Assembly (NCBI RefSeq): GCF_001457595.1
Contig: NZ_LN831039.1
Location: forward strand, 1,652,729-1,716,728
DNA length: 64,000 nucleotides
Direction of reading: 5' to 3'
Origin: Mycolicibacterium smegmatis
GTDB taxonomy: Bacteria; Actinomycetota; Actinomycetes; Mycobacteriales; Mycobacteriaceae
Part shown: one piece after another, positions 50,453-61,062 of the stretch
How positions within the stretch are numbered: the stretch's first letter is position 1
How the letters are laid out: the number at the start of each line of letters is the position of its first letter
The notes under the pieces: generated by a model
What the model was told of the DNA's origin: nothing
The model's database searches: none
Seen by the model: only the letters and a program-made list of their open reading frames with translations
Made by a program: the position numbers and the translations under genes

Positions 50453-51543
50453 CGGTCATCGAGGCGGGCCCCGTCGGTGTGCACCGGGCCGGGGCTGAAT
50501 CCGGGCCCGTACCTGACGAACTCGCGCAGACCGCCCTGGAGTGCATCGACGATCAGTTCGCAATCGTCGACGACCATTTCGTCACCGTGGAGGATCTGTG
50601 GACCCGTGTGCTGGGCACCGGCCACGCCCGGGATGCGGTGGTGGTCCACCCCACGTGGTGGACGCCCAACCGCGTGACGCGGCTTCGTGACATCGCGACC
50701 ACATGCGGTATCGGCCGCGTGGTCTCACGGGCGGAGGCGCTCGGCGCCGACGCGACCGGCGCGTCGTGGACGGTGATCGAGATCAGCACCGATCTCGTGT
50801 CGGTGACGCGCGACGGCGGTGTGCCGCAGTCGTGGACCCGCGGCGGGCATACCGAAGAGGCCGTCGTTGACGCGGTCTGCAGCGCCGTCGGTGACACACG
50901 CGACGTGATCCTCGACGTGCCGGACGATGTGCCCGGCGGGCGTGAACTCGCCCGCGCACTCACCCGCCGTGTGCGGTGCCGCCATGCGTCACCGGTCGAC
51001 GTGTTGCAGCGAGCGGTCACCGACACCCCTGCACGTGAGCCGGAGCGCAGGCCGCGCAACGTGACCGTCGGTGTGGCCGCGGTGGCGATCATGGGAATGT
51101 GTACGACGCTCGCCGCGCACGAGCGGCCGACCGACACCGTGACCACCGGACTGGTCGAGGGACGTGTGGCGGTGCAGATACCCCGGGGCTGGCGCGTCGA
51201 ACGTGTCACCGACGACGCCGGATCGCCTCGGCTGCAGGTGTTCTCACTGTCAGGCACGGACCCGGTCATCCACATCACGCAGTCACCGGTCGGGGCAGGG
51301 GACGTCGCGGACACCCTTCGGTACGCGCTCGAGCAGGCGCCTGCCGGGGTGTTCGTCGACTTCGACCCCGACGATCGCGTCGCCGACCGGCCCGCCATCA
51401 CGTACCGGGAGGTTCGTGCGCACCGTGAGGTCCGGTGGGCCGTAGTGGTCGACGGCCCCGTCCGCATCGCCATCGGCTGCCAGGGCCGGGAGTTCCATGC
51501 CGCGTGCTCCGCGGCCGTCGCATCCGCACACGCGGCCTCTTAG
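50449..51543 (+). CDS. ESX-4-associated Ala/Val-rich conserved protein (Rv3446c-like)
   Basis: GTG 50449 overlaps the eccC stop (GTGA). An earlier GTG at 50437 is also possible. Position between eccC4 and esxU as in M. tuberculosis. The ORF track starts at 50101. Confidence 0.55.
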   Translation: MTVIEAGPVGVHRAGAESGPVPDELAQTALECIDDQFAIVDDHFVTVEDLWTRVLGTGHARDAVVVHPTWWTPNRVTRLRDIATTCGIGRVVSRAEALGADATGASWTVIEISTDLVSVTRDGGVPQSWTRGGHTEEAVVDAVCSAVGDTRDVILDVPDDVPGGRELARALTRRVRCRHASPVDVLQRAVTDTPAREPERRPRNVTVGVAAVAIMGMCTTLAAHERPTDTVTTGLVEGRVAVQIPRGWRVERVTDDAGSPRLQVFSLSGTDPVIHITQSPVGAGDVADTLRYALEQAPAGVFVDFDPDDRVADRPAITYREVRAHREVRWAVVVDGPVRIAIGCQGREFHAACSAAVASAHAAS

Positions 51544-51615
51544 AAAAAGATGGAACCGAACCCGTCGCCGCTGCGTCCAATTGTTATATCCCGCAAGACA
51601 ACAGGAGGGGGACCG

Positions 51616-51927
51616 ATGTCGACACCGCTGGGCGCCGATTTCGACGTGATGACCACTGTGGCAGGACAGATCGATGTGCGCAACGACGACATCCGGTCGA
51701 TGCTGCAGACCTTCATCGGCCGCATGAACACCGTGCCGCCGACTGTGTGGGGTGGTGTCGCCGCGACCCGGTTCCGTGATGTCGTCGAGCGGTGGAACGC
51801 CGAATCGCTCACGCTGCACACCACGCTGCAACGCATCGCCGAGACCATCCGCCACAACGAACGCACGCTGCGCGAGGCCGCCGACGGTCACGCACAACGC
51901 CTCGGTGGCGTCGGCGAGACCCTCTGA
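51616..51927 (+). CDS. esxU: WXG100-family protein (EsxU-like)
   Basis: ATG 51616 with CAGGAGGGGG RBS. About 100 aa helical hairpin with W-x-G (VWGGV). The ORF track starts at 51550. Confidence 0.75.
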   Translation: MSTPLGADFDVMTTVAGQIDVRNDDIRSMLQTFIGRMNTVPPTVWGGVAATRFRDVVERWNAESLTLHTTLQRIAETIRHNERTLREAADGHAQRLGGVGETL

Positions 51928-51951
51928 CCCGCAGACCCGGAAGGAAAACCC

Positions 51952-52248
51952 GTGAGCCAGTTGCTCTCATACGATTTCGGCGAGATCGAGTACACGGTCC
52001 GCCAAGAGATCCACGCCACGCACAACCGGTTCAACGCCGCGCTCGAGGAACTGCGGGCGCAGATCGCGCCGTTGCAGCAGGTCTGGACGCGTGAGGCCGC
52101 GGCGGCGTACCAGGTGGAGCAGGCCCGATGGAATCAGGCCGCCGCGGCGCTCAACGAGATCCTGTTCAGCCTCGGCAACGCGGTGCGTGACGGGTCCGAC
52201 GAGGTGGCAGCCACCGACCGCAGCGCGGCCAACGCCTGGGGCGTCTGA
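51952..52248 (+). CDS. esxT: WXG100/ESAT-6-like protein (EsxT-like)
   Basis: GTG start with GGAAGGA RBS. 98 aa. Paired with the preceding WXG100 gene. Confidence 0.75.
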   Translation: MSQLLSYDFGEIEYTVRQEIHATHNRFNAALEELRAQIAPLQQVWTREAAAAYQVEQARWNQAAAALNEILFSLGNAVRDGSDEVAATDRSAANAWGV

Positions 52249-52261
52249 TCCCACAAATGCC

Positions 52262-52305
52262 TGTGCGGTCCCACCCGGTATGGAGAGGTCGGGTGGGACC
52301 GCACA
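52262..52305. terminator. 16-bp stem hairpin between convergent esxT and the helicase gene
   Basis: TGTGCGGTCCCACCCG-N12-CGGGTGGGACCGCACA. Confidence 0.55.
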
Positions 52306-52317
52306 TTTCGCGCGTCT

Positions 52318-53700
52318 CTAGCGCGCGGACGACTCGTTGGAGCGGCGCGGCCTGCGGCCGCGGCCACCCCGGTGCGCACCACCACGTGCGGCGGCAGCGC
52401 CCTCGGACTGAGCGCCGTGGCCCGAACGTCCCGGGCGGCCCGACCCCTGCGGGCGGCTGCGGCGGGGCTGCGTCGAACGCGGACGGCTCGGTGTCGCGGC
52501 GGGCTCGGTGCGAATGGGCTCACCGAAAACCCGCTCACCCGGGGCGATTTCACGCAGCACCGGATGGTCGAGGCCGCTGATCCGGGTGATCGTGGGCTTG
52601 ACGCCGGCCTTGCGGGTCAGGTTGCGCACGTCGTGCACCTGGGCGTCGAGCATGAGCGTCACCACGGTGCCCTCGTTGCCGGCACGCGCGGTGCGGCCCG
52701 AGCGGTGCAGGTACGCCTTGTGCTCGACCGGCGGGTCGGCGTGCACCACGAGGCTCACGTCGTCGACGTGGATGCCGCGCGCGGCGATGTCGGTGGCCAC
52801 CATCACGGTCGCGGAGCCGTCCGAGAACGCCGTCAGGTTGCGCGTGCGCGCATTCTGCGACAGGTTCCCGTGCAGCTCGACCGCGGAGATGCCCCGCGAA
52901 TTGAGTTGGCGGGTGAGGTTTTTCGCGCCGTGTTTGGTGCGCGCGAACACGATGGTGCGGCCGGGTGCCGCGGCCAGGTCGGCCACGACGTTGATGCGCG
53001 CGGCGTTGTCAACGTGCAGCACGTGGTGCACCATCGCCGACACGGGCGACTGCGCGGAATCCACGCTGTGCACCACCGGATCGTGCAGGTACCGCTTGAC
53101 CAGCACGTCGACGCCCGCGTCGAGCGTGGCCGAGAACAGCAACCGCTGGCAGTGCTTGGGCGTGCGGTCCAGCAGACGCTTGACGCCCGGCAGGAAGCCC
53201 AGGTCGGCCATGTGGTCGGCCTCGTCGAGGATCGTGACCTCCACCGACGACAGATCGGCGTGGCGGGACTGCACGTGGTCTTCGAGCCGGCCGGGGCAGG
53301 CGATGACGATGTCCACACCGCGGCGCAGGGCCGCGATCTGAGGTCCGGCGCCCACACCGCCGAAGATGTTCACCGTGCGCAGGCCGGTCGCGGCCGCCAG
53401 CGGCGCCAGCGAGGCCTCGATCTGGGTGACCAACTCACGCGTCGGCGCGAGGATGACCGCGCGCGGCTTACCGGCGTCGCGGGGCGTGCCACTGGTGGCC
53501 AAGCGGGCGACCAGCGGCAGCAGGAAGGCATAGGTCTTGCCGGATCCGGTGCGGCCACGGCCGAGCACATCGCGGCCGTTCAGCGAGTCGGGAAGAGTCG
53601 CGGCCTGGATCGGGAACGGTGTGGTCACACCGTTCGCGGCAAGCGTGGACACGAGCTCGGCGGGAAGGCCGAGCTCGGCAAAGGTTTTCTGGGCAGACAA
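52318..53700 (-). CDS. DEAD-box ATP-dependent RNA helicase with an Arg/Gly-rich C-terminal tail
   Basis: Q-motif (FPIQAATLP), motif I GRGRTGSGKT, DEAD (ILDEADHM), SAT, HRSGRTAR. The likely TTG start at 53700 follows GGAG. The ORF track extends to 53892. Confidence 0.82.
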   Translation of the reverse strand: MSAQKTFAELGLPAELVSTLAANGVTTPFPIQAATLPDSLNGRDVLGRGRTGSGKTYAFLLPLVARLATSGTPRDAGKPRAVILAPTRELVTQIEASLAPLAAATGLRTVNIFGGVGAGPQIAALRRGVDIVIACPGRLEDHVQSRHADLSSVEVTILDEADHMADLGFLPGVKRLLDRTPKHCQRLLFSATLDAGVDVLVKRYLHDPVVHSVDSAQSPVSAMVHHVLHVDNAARINVVADLAAAPGRTIVFARTKHGAKNLTRQLNSRGISAVELHGNLSQNARTRNLTAFSDGSATVMVATDIAARGIHVDDVSLVVHADPPVEHKAYLHRSGRTARAGNEGTVVTLMLDAQVHDVRNLTRKAGVKPTITRISGLDHPVLREIAPGERVFGEPIRTEPAATPSRPRSTQPRRSRPQGSGRPGRSGHGAQSEGAAAARGGAHRGGRGRRPRRSNESSAR

Positions 53701-53946
53701 AAAGAAACTCCGAAATCTAGGCGGTGGTCCTGCCCGGCGCGGGTGACATCCCGCGGCGCTGGAGTTGATGATCAAGAAGGCGGCAGAGGCAGAACAGGCA
53801 AGCCGCCGGACTCCAACATACCCGTAACCGGCGGTTTTCCCGGCATCGGCGGCGCGACCTGTGGGTGATGCCACACCCACCGCGCTGGTCAACTATCCTG
53901 GCGGGCACGTGCCGGGGCCGGCGGGTCGGCCCGCACGCACAGGAGC

Positions 53947-55257
53947 GTGATCGCCGTGGCTTCAATGAGGAATGCAGGTGAACGGGTGCTGACCCGGCTG
54001 CCTGCCGCCAAGGTGCGTGCCATCCACGACCTCTTCATCGAGGGGCAGATCGACCCCGACTCCCTCAGATCGATGTCGCTGCCCCGAGTCGTCGTGGACA
54101 GTTGGCGACGCAGTCTCGAAGTGGGCGTCGACCCCGACAGCGGCGGCCGTACCGCCGCGGCCGAGGCCGCCCTGGCCGAGTTGCGTGCGACGCATCCGCT
54201 CGCCCCCACGCTGCCGCTGATCCGGCGCCTGCTGGTCGAGGACGCTGTCGACTCAGGTGTCGTCGTCGCGATCACGGCGGCCGACGGCACTCTGCTGTGG
54301 GTCGAGGGGGACCGGCAGGCGTGCCGCAAGGCCGAGGCGATGAACTTCGTGCCCGGCTCCGACTGGAGCGAACGCTCCGCGGGCACCAACGCACCCGGCA
54401 CCGCGCTCACGCTGGACCGTGAGGTGCAGATCCGCGGAACCGAGCACTTCTCCCGCATCGTGCACCCGTGGAGTTGCACGGCCGTACCCGTCCACGACCC
54501 GGGGACCGGCGTGCTGCTGGGCGCCATCGACCTCACCGGCGGCTCCCGCGTCGCCTCACCCCAGACCCTCGCGCTGGTGCGCGCGACGGCCGTCGCCGTC
54601 GAGAACCATCTCGCGCTGCTGCGGTTGACCAACCCCGTCACCCCGGTCGCGCCGGAACGCCCCCGGCTGTCGGTGCTCGGCGGCGACCGGCCACGCTGGC
54701 AGACCACAGGTGAGGACGGACGTGCCCGCTCGGCCGTGCTGACCGGCAGGCACGCCGACATCCTGGTGCTGTTGAGCCGTCACCCGGAAGGACTGTCGGC
54801 CGACCATCTGGCGATCCTGCTCGACGACAAGGACCTCGACGTCGTGACGATCCGCGCCGAGATGTCCCGGCTGCGCCGCGTCATCGGGTCCAACTACATC
54901 GCGTCGCGGCCCTACCGGTTGTTGTCGCCGATCTGCAGCGACGTGGCCGACGTGTTCGACGCGTTGCAGTCCGGCGACGTCGCTGCCGCGTTGTCCGCCT
55001 ATACCGGCGCGCTGCTGCCGCAGTCGGTGTCCCCGGCGATCGGGCGCCTGCGCACCGAACTGACCGCGAGCCTGCGCGAGGCGGTGCTGGCCCGCGCGGC
55101 CGTGGGCCGGCTGGACCTGCTGCGCCGCTGGCTGGAACTGCCCGATGGCCGTGACGACCGCGACGGGTGGCGCATGCTGCATGATCACGCCGACGACCCG
55201 GTCACCCGCGCGCAGGCCCTCGGGCACCTGGCGGGCCTGGATTCCGAACTCGCCTGA
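53947..55257 (+). CDS. GAF-domain transcriptional regulator with a C-terminal winged-HTH-like segment
   Basis: Central GAF-like region. C-terminal block [32 protein letters not shown]. The start is uncertain (GTG 53947 or GTG 53956). Confidence 0.65.
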   Translation: MIAVASMRNAGERVLTRLPAAKVRAIHDLFIEGQIDPDSLRSMSLPRVVVDSWRRSLEVGVDPDSGGRTAAAEAALAELRATHPLAPTLPLIRRLLVEDAVDSGVVVAITAADGTLLWVEGDRQACRKAEAMNFVPGSDWSERSAGTNAPGTALTLDREVQIRGTEHFSRIVHPWSCTAVPVHDPGTGVLLGAIDLTGGSRVASPQTLALVRATAVAVENHLALLRLTNPVTPVAPERPRLSVLGGDRPRWQTTGEDGRARSAVLTGRHADILVLLSRHPEGLSADHLAILLDDKDLDVVTIRAEMSRLRRVIGSNYIASRPYRLLSPICSDVADVFDALQSGDVAAALSAYTGALLPQSVSPAIGRLRTELTASLREAVLARAAVGRLDLLRRWLELPDGRDDRDGWRMLHDHADDPVTRAQALGHLAGLDSELA

Positions 55258-55367
55258 GTTCTCGCGCGTCGACAGCGACGCGGCAATCCGTGCAACCGTG
55301 GTGCAACCCCTGTTTGCCTACCTTGAGTGACGACCGACACATTTCGGTGTCCGAACAGGAGAAAGCC

Positions 55368-56891
<1,524 letters not shown>

Positions 56892-57045
56892 CGAGCGCTC
56901 GCGCGAGGAGCATCGAATTCTGATCCGTAAGGCCTGAACAGACCCCGTCGAGTGTGAAGCTGTTGCGACGATTGACCCGCATACTCGCAACAGCTTCACA
57001 CTCGCGGCATTTCTCGTTCCGACAACACAATTCGTAGGAGGCTTG

Positions 57046-57444
57046 ATGGGTGCCCTGTCGCTGTCCACGGCGCAGAAGGTGGTTGACGCCGCGATCGAGA
57101 AAGCGAACGAGATCGGTCAGCCGATGAACATCGCCGTCGTCGACGACGGCGGCCACCTGGTCGCGTTCGCCCGCATGGACGGCGCCATCAAGGCCAGCAT
57201 CGACATCTCGATCCGCAAGGCGCGCACGTCGATCCTGATGAACCTGCCGACGAGTGCGCTCATGGACGTCGCGCAGCCCGGTGGCGAACTGTACGGGCTC
57301 GAACAACTGTCGGGCGGCCTGGTGCTGTTCGGTGGAGGCCTGCTGCTGGAACGTGACGGCGCGGTCATCGGCGCCATCGGCGTCAGCGCCGGAAGCGTCG
57401 AGCAGGACGTGAAGGTCGCCGAGGCCGGCGTCGCCGCACTCTGA
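57046..57444 (+). CDS. GlcG/PduO-C-like DUF336 (haem-binding) protein
   Basis: AGGAGG RBS. Typical DUF336 sequence ALSLSTAQKVVDAAIEKANEIGQPMNIAVVDDGGHLVAF. Confidence 0.8.
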   Translation: MGALSLSTAQKVVDAAIEKANEIGQPMNIAVVDDGGHLVAFARMDGAIKASIDISIRKARTSILMNLPTSALMDVAQPGGELYGLEQLSGGLVLFGGGLLLERDGAVIGAIGVSAGSVEQDVKVAEAGVAAL

Positions 57445-57459
57445 CGCTTCAGGAATCGC

Positions 57460-58161
57460 TCAGTCCACGAGCACACAGTCGCCGCAGTATCCGCCGCCGG
57501 GCACCTGATAGAACAGGCAACAGTTCCGGCGGCGGAACCGGCCGTCGGTGACCTCGGCGGTGCCGAGCAACGGCTCGGCCGCGATCATGTCTCGCACGAG
57601 TGCGCGGCCGAAACCCTCGGCGCCGGGTCGGTTCTGGGCGAGCACCGTCACCGCACCGTTGGCGGCCGACGCGATGTTGCCCCACATCACCTGCGGTGGC
57701 AGCGAAACCGCCTGCTGCATGGCCGTGTTCAGCAGACGTAGGACGCCGTCGACCAGCGTCGCGGTGATCTCGGCGGCCGCCGAGCCCGCGTCGGGCACGG
57801 GTGACCACTCGACGCGGGAAACGCCCAACGCCGGCCGGTGCGACGAATCGTCGTGCCAGAACACCGAATCCGGTGTCAGCGACGGTACAGCGGACAGGCA
57901 CGCCGCCGCGCCGACGGCGGGGGAGAGCAGGCGCGACACGATCGACAGGTGCAGCGACGATGCCGCGGCCCTGACCGGGACATCGTCGACGCCGATGCCG
58001 AACCCGGTCGCGGTCGCCGCACGCATGCGCGACGTGTACTCGCGCAGGATCGCGGCGTCGCCGCACAACGTGTCCACGGGTCGCCACGAACCACCCGCGA
58101 CGGGCAGAGCGAAGAACTCACCCAACGCCGCAAGCGCACCCAGATTCCGATTCTCCATTGT
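57460..58161 (-). CDS. FhuF-like (2Fe-2S)-binding protein (ferric-siderophore-reductase-like)
   Basis: C-terminal C-C-x10-C-x2-C motif (CCLFYQVPGGGYCGDC). ATG 58161. The ORF track extends to 58272. Confidence 0.6.
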   Translation of the reverse strand, partial: TMENRNLGALAALGEFFALPVAGGSWRPVDTLCGDAAILREYTSRMRAATATGFGIGVDDVPVRAAASSLHLSIVSRLLSPAVGAAACLSAVPSLTPDSVFWHDDSSHRPALGVSRVEWSPVPDAGSAAAEITATLVDGVLRLLNTAMQQAVSLPPQVMWGNIASAANGAVTVLAQNRPGAEGFGRALVRDMIAAEPLLGTAEVTDGRFRRRNCCLFYQVPGGGYCGDCVLVD

Positions 58162-58312
58162 GGGCACACGGTAATCGGTGGATCGATACAGTGCGCACGC
58201 CCGCCTTGACCTGCGACGCAACGCTCGTGCAACGTGAGCCAGAGCACAATTGGTACTTGCGTAAGAGAACACGCCTGGGCGAGTGATCGCCCCGCATCAG
58301 TTGGGAGCTTGC

Positions 58313-58741
58313 ATGTCAGAACCCGTCCTCGATCCCGCGGTCGACTACCCGCTGAGCCTCAACCGCAAGGACCTGCTCACCACGCCCAACGGCAAGCCGA
58401 TCGATGCCATCACGATGGACGCCGTGATGTCGGGCGAGGTGTCCGCGTCGGATCTGCGCATCACTCCGGAGACCCTGCGGTTGCAGGCCCAGATCGCCGA
58501 GGGGGTGGGGCGCAAACAGCTCGGCGCCAACCTGCGCCGCGCTGCGGAGATGACCGCCATCAGCGACGAGCGCGTGCTGCAGATCTACAACGCGCTGCGC
58601 CCCAACGCCTCGACCAAGGCCGAACTCGACGCGATCGCCGAGGAGTTGGAGACCCAGTACGGAGCGACGATGCTGGCCGGCCTCGTCCGCGAGGCCGCCG
58701 ACGTCTACGAGCGCCGCGACATCCTGGCCACCAGCGAATAG
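58313..58741 (+). CDS. B12-dependent diol/glycerol dehydratase small (gamma) subunit
   Basis: Sequence DYPLSLNRKDLLTTPNGKPIDAITMDAVMSGEVSASDLRITPETLRLQAQIAE resembles the PduE/DhaB3 family. Confidence 0.8.
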   Translation: MSEPVLDPAVDYPLSLNRKDLLTTPNGKPIDAITMDAVMSGEVSASDLRITPETLRLQAQIAEGVGRKQLGANLRRAAEMTAISDERVLQIYNALRPNASTKAELDAIAEELETQYGATMLAGLVREAADVYERRDILATSE

Positions 58742-58750
58742 GAGACACCT

Positions 58751-60463
58751 GTGACGACAGCCAGAAATCTGGGCACCGAGGCCAAGCGCCAGTCGGAACG
58801 CACCAAGCTCCTGGAGGAGCGCCCGGTCAACCTCGACGGCTTCGTCCAGGAGTGGCCCGAGGTCGGCATGGTCGCGATGGACAGCGCGTTCGACCCCGAA
58901 CCCAGTGTGCGGGTGGAGAACGGCGTGATCGTGGAGATGGACGGCCGCGCCCGCGCCGACTTCGACTTCATCGACCAGTTCATCGCCGACCACGCCATCG
59001 ATGTGGCCACCACCGAGCAGTCGATGGCTCTGCCGGCCGTCGAGATCGCGCGCATGCTGGTGGATCCGCGCGTGACCCGCGACGAGGTGATCGCGGTGAC
59101 CGGCGGGCTGACCCCGGCCAAGCTGCTGGAGGTCGCCAAGAACCTCAACATCGTCGAGATCATGATGGGCATCCAGAAGATGCGGGCCCGTCGCACCCCG
59201 GCGAACCAGGCACACTGCACCAGCGCCCGTGACAATCCGCTGCAGGTCGCGTGTGAGGCCGCCGAGGCGTCGCTGCGCGGGTTCTCCGAAGTGGAAACCA
59301 CTTTGGGCGTCGTGCGGTACGCGCCGCTGGTGGCGATGGCGCTGCAGATCGGCAGCCAGGTGGGCTCCGGCGGCCTGCTGACCCAGTGCGCGCTGGAGGA
59401 GGCCACCGAACTCGAACTCGGCATGCGCGGCATCACGGCCTACGCCGAGACGATCTCGGTGTACGGCACCGAATCGGTGTTCGTCGACGGTGACGACACC
59501 CCGTGGTCCAAGGCGTTCCTCGCGGCGGCCTACGCGTCGCGCGGCATCAAGATGCGGTTCACCTCCGGCACCGGATCCGAGGTGCAGATGGGCAACGCCG
59601 AGGGCCGCTCGATGCTGTACCTGGAGATCCGCTGCATCCTGGTGGCCAAGGGCGCGGGGGTGCAGGGCCTGCAGAACGGCTCGATCTCGTGCATCGGCGT
59701 GCCGGGCGCGGTGCCCGCGGGCATCCGTGCGGTGGCCGCGGAGAACCTCATCGCCTCCGCGGTGGACCTCGAATGCGCGTCGGGCAACGACCAGTCGTTC
59801 TCGCACTCGCCGATGCGGCGGACGGCACGCCTGCTGCCGCAGATGCTGCCGGGCACCGACTTCGTCTGCTCGGGGTACTCCGCAGTCCCCAACTACGACA
59901 ACATGTTCGCCGGGTCCAACCTCGACGCCGAGGATTTCGACGACTTCAACACCATCCAGCGCGATCTGCAGGTCGACGGCGGCCTGCGGCACGTGAACGA
60001 GGCCGAGATCGTCGCCGCGCGCCGCCGGGCCGCCCAGGCCCTGCAGGCCGTGTTCCGGTACCTCGATCTGCCCGCGATCACCGACGCGGAGATCGAGGCG
60101 GCGGTGTACGCACACGGCAGCCGTGAGCTGATCCCGCGTGACGTGCTCGAGGACCTCAAGGGTGCGCAGCAGGTCATGGACCGCAACGTCACCGGCCTGG
60201 ACCTGGTGAAGGCACTGGAGTCCACCGGGTTCGCCGACATCGCCGAGAACCTGCTCGCCGTTCTGCGGCAGCGGGTTTCGGGCGACCTGCTGCAGACGTC
60301 GGCGATCATGACGCGCGATCTGAAGCCGCTGTCGGCGGTCAACGACCGCAACGACTACGCCGGACCGGGCACCGGGTACCGCCCGTCCGGTGCGCGGTGG
60401 GAGGAGATGAAACGGCTGCGTCACGTCACCAGCGCCGAGAACCCCGAACTGGAGGTGGAGTGA
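58751..60463 (+). CDS. B12-dependent diol/glycerol dehydratase large (alpha) subunit
   Basis: GTG with AGGAGA RBS. 570 aa TIM barrel with diol-dehydratase large-subunit blocks (TGSEVQMGNAEG, GIPELIAD-like). Confidence 0.92.
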   Translation: MTTARNLGTEAKRQSERTKLLEERPVNLDGFVQEWPEVGMVAMDSAFDPEPSVRVENGVIVEMDGRARADFDFIDQFIADHAIDVATTEQSMALPAVEIARMLVDPRVTRDEVIAVTGGLTPAKLLEVAKNLNIVEIMMGIQKMRARRTPANQAHCTSARDNPLQVACEAAEASLRGFSEVETTLGVVRYAPLVAMALQIGSQVGSGGLLTQCALEEATELELGMRGITAYAETISVYGTESVFVDGDDTPWSKAFLAAAYASRGIKMRFTSGTGSEVQMGNAEGRSMLYLEIRCILVAKGAGVQGLQNGSISCIGVPGAVPAGIRAVAAENLIASAVDLECASGNDQSFSHSPMRRTARLLPQMLPGTDFVCSGYSAVPNYDNMFAGSNLDAEDFDDFNTIQRDLQVDGGLRHVNEAEIVAARRRAAQALQAVFRYLDLPAITDAEIEAAVYAHGSRELIPRDVLEDLKGAQQVMDRNVTGLDLVKALESTGFADIAENLLAVLRQRVSGDLLQTSAIMTRDLKPLSAVNDRNDYAGPGTGYRPSGARWEEMKRLRHVTSAENPELEVE

Positions 60464-60465
60464 TC

Positions 60466-61062
60466 ATGAGTGCGCAGAGCACACAGGCACAGCGCACGCT
60501 CGAGCTGGTCGGTGACAGCCCCGCCGAACCCGGCAAGCGGTCCGACGAGGTGGTGCTGGCCGTGTCGCCGGCGTTCGCCGACTTCTTCAGCCAGACCATC
60601 ATCGGGTTGTCCCACGCCGACGTGATCCGCGAGATCCTCGCAGGCATCGAGGAACAGGAAGTCCACGCCCGCTGTATCCGCGTGCGCCACAGCAGCGATC
60701 TGGCGGTCCTCGCGCACACCGCGGCGAAGCTGTCCGGCTCGGGCATCGGCATCGGGATCCTGTCGCGTGGCACGTCGATGATCCACCAGCGGGACCTGCC
60801 GCGGCTGTCGAGCCTCGAGCTGTTCCCGCAGAGCCCGCTGATGACGCTGGAGACCTACCGGTCCATCGGGTCCAACGCCGCGCAGTACGCGAAAGGCGAG
60901 TCGCCCGAACCGGTTCCGACGCTCAACGACCAGATGGCCCGCCCGCGCTGGCAGGCCAAGGCGGCGCTGCTGCACCTCAAGGAGACCGAGCAGGTCGTCA
61001 AGCAGGCGAAGCCCGTCGAGGTGGTGCCGCAGTTCGGCGTCGCCGAGGCACTGGGGACCTGA
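60466..61062 (+). CDS. B12-dependent diol/glycerol dehydratase medium (beta) subunit
   Basis: Sequence [47 protein letters not shown] resembles the PduD/DhaB2 family. Confidence 0.85.
   Translation: [198 protein letters not shown]

Noticed and set aside
58162-58312. Possible cobalamin riboswitch upstream of the dehydratase genes
   Set aside because: No recognisable B12-box or conserved riboswitch core could be identified by eye. This needs a covariance-model search. It is kept only as a suggested check.
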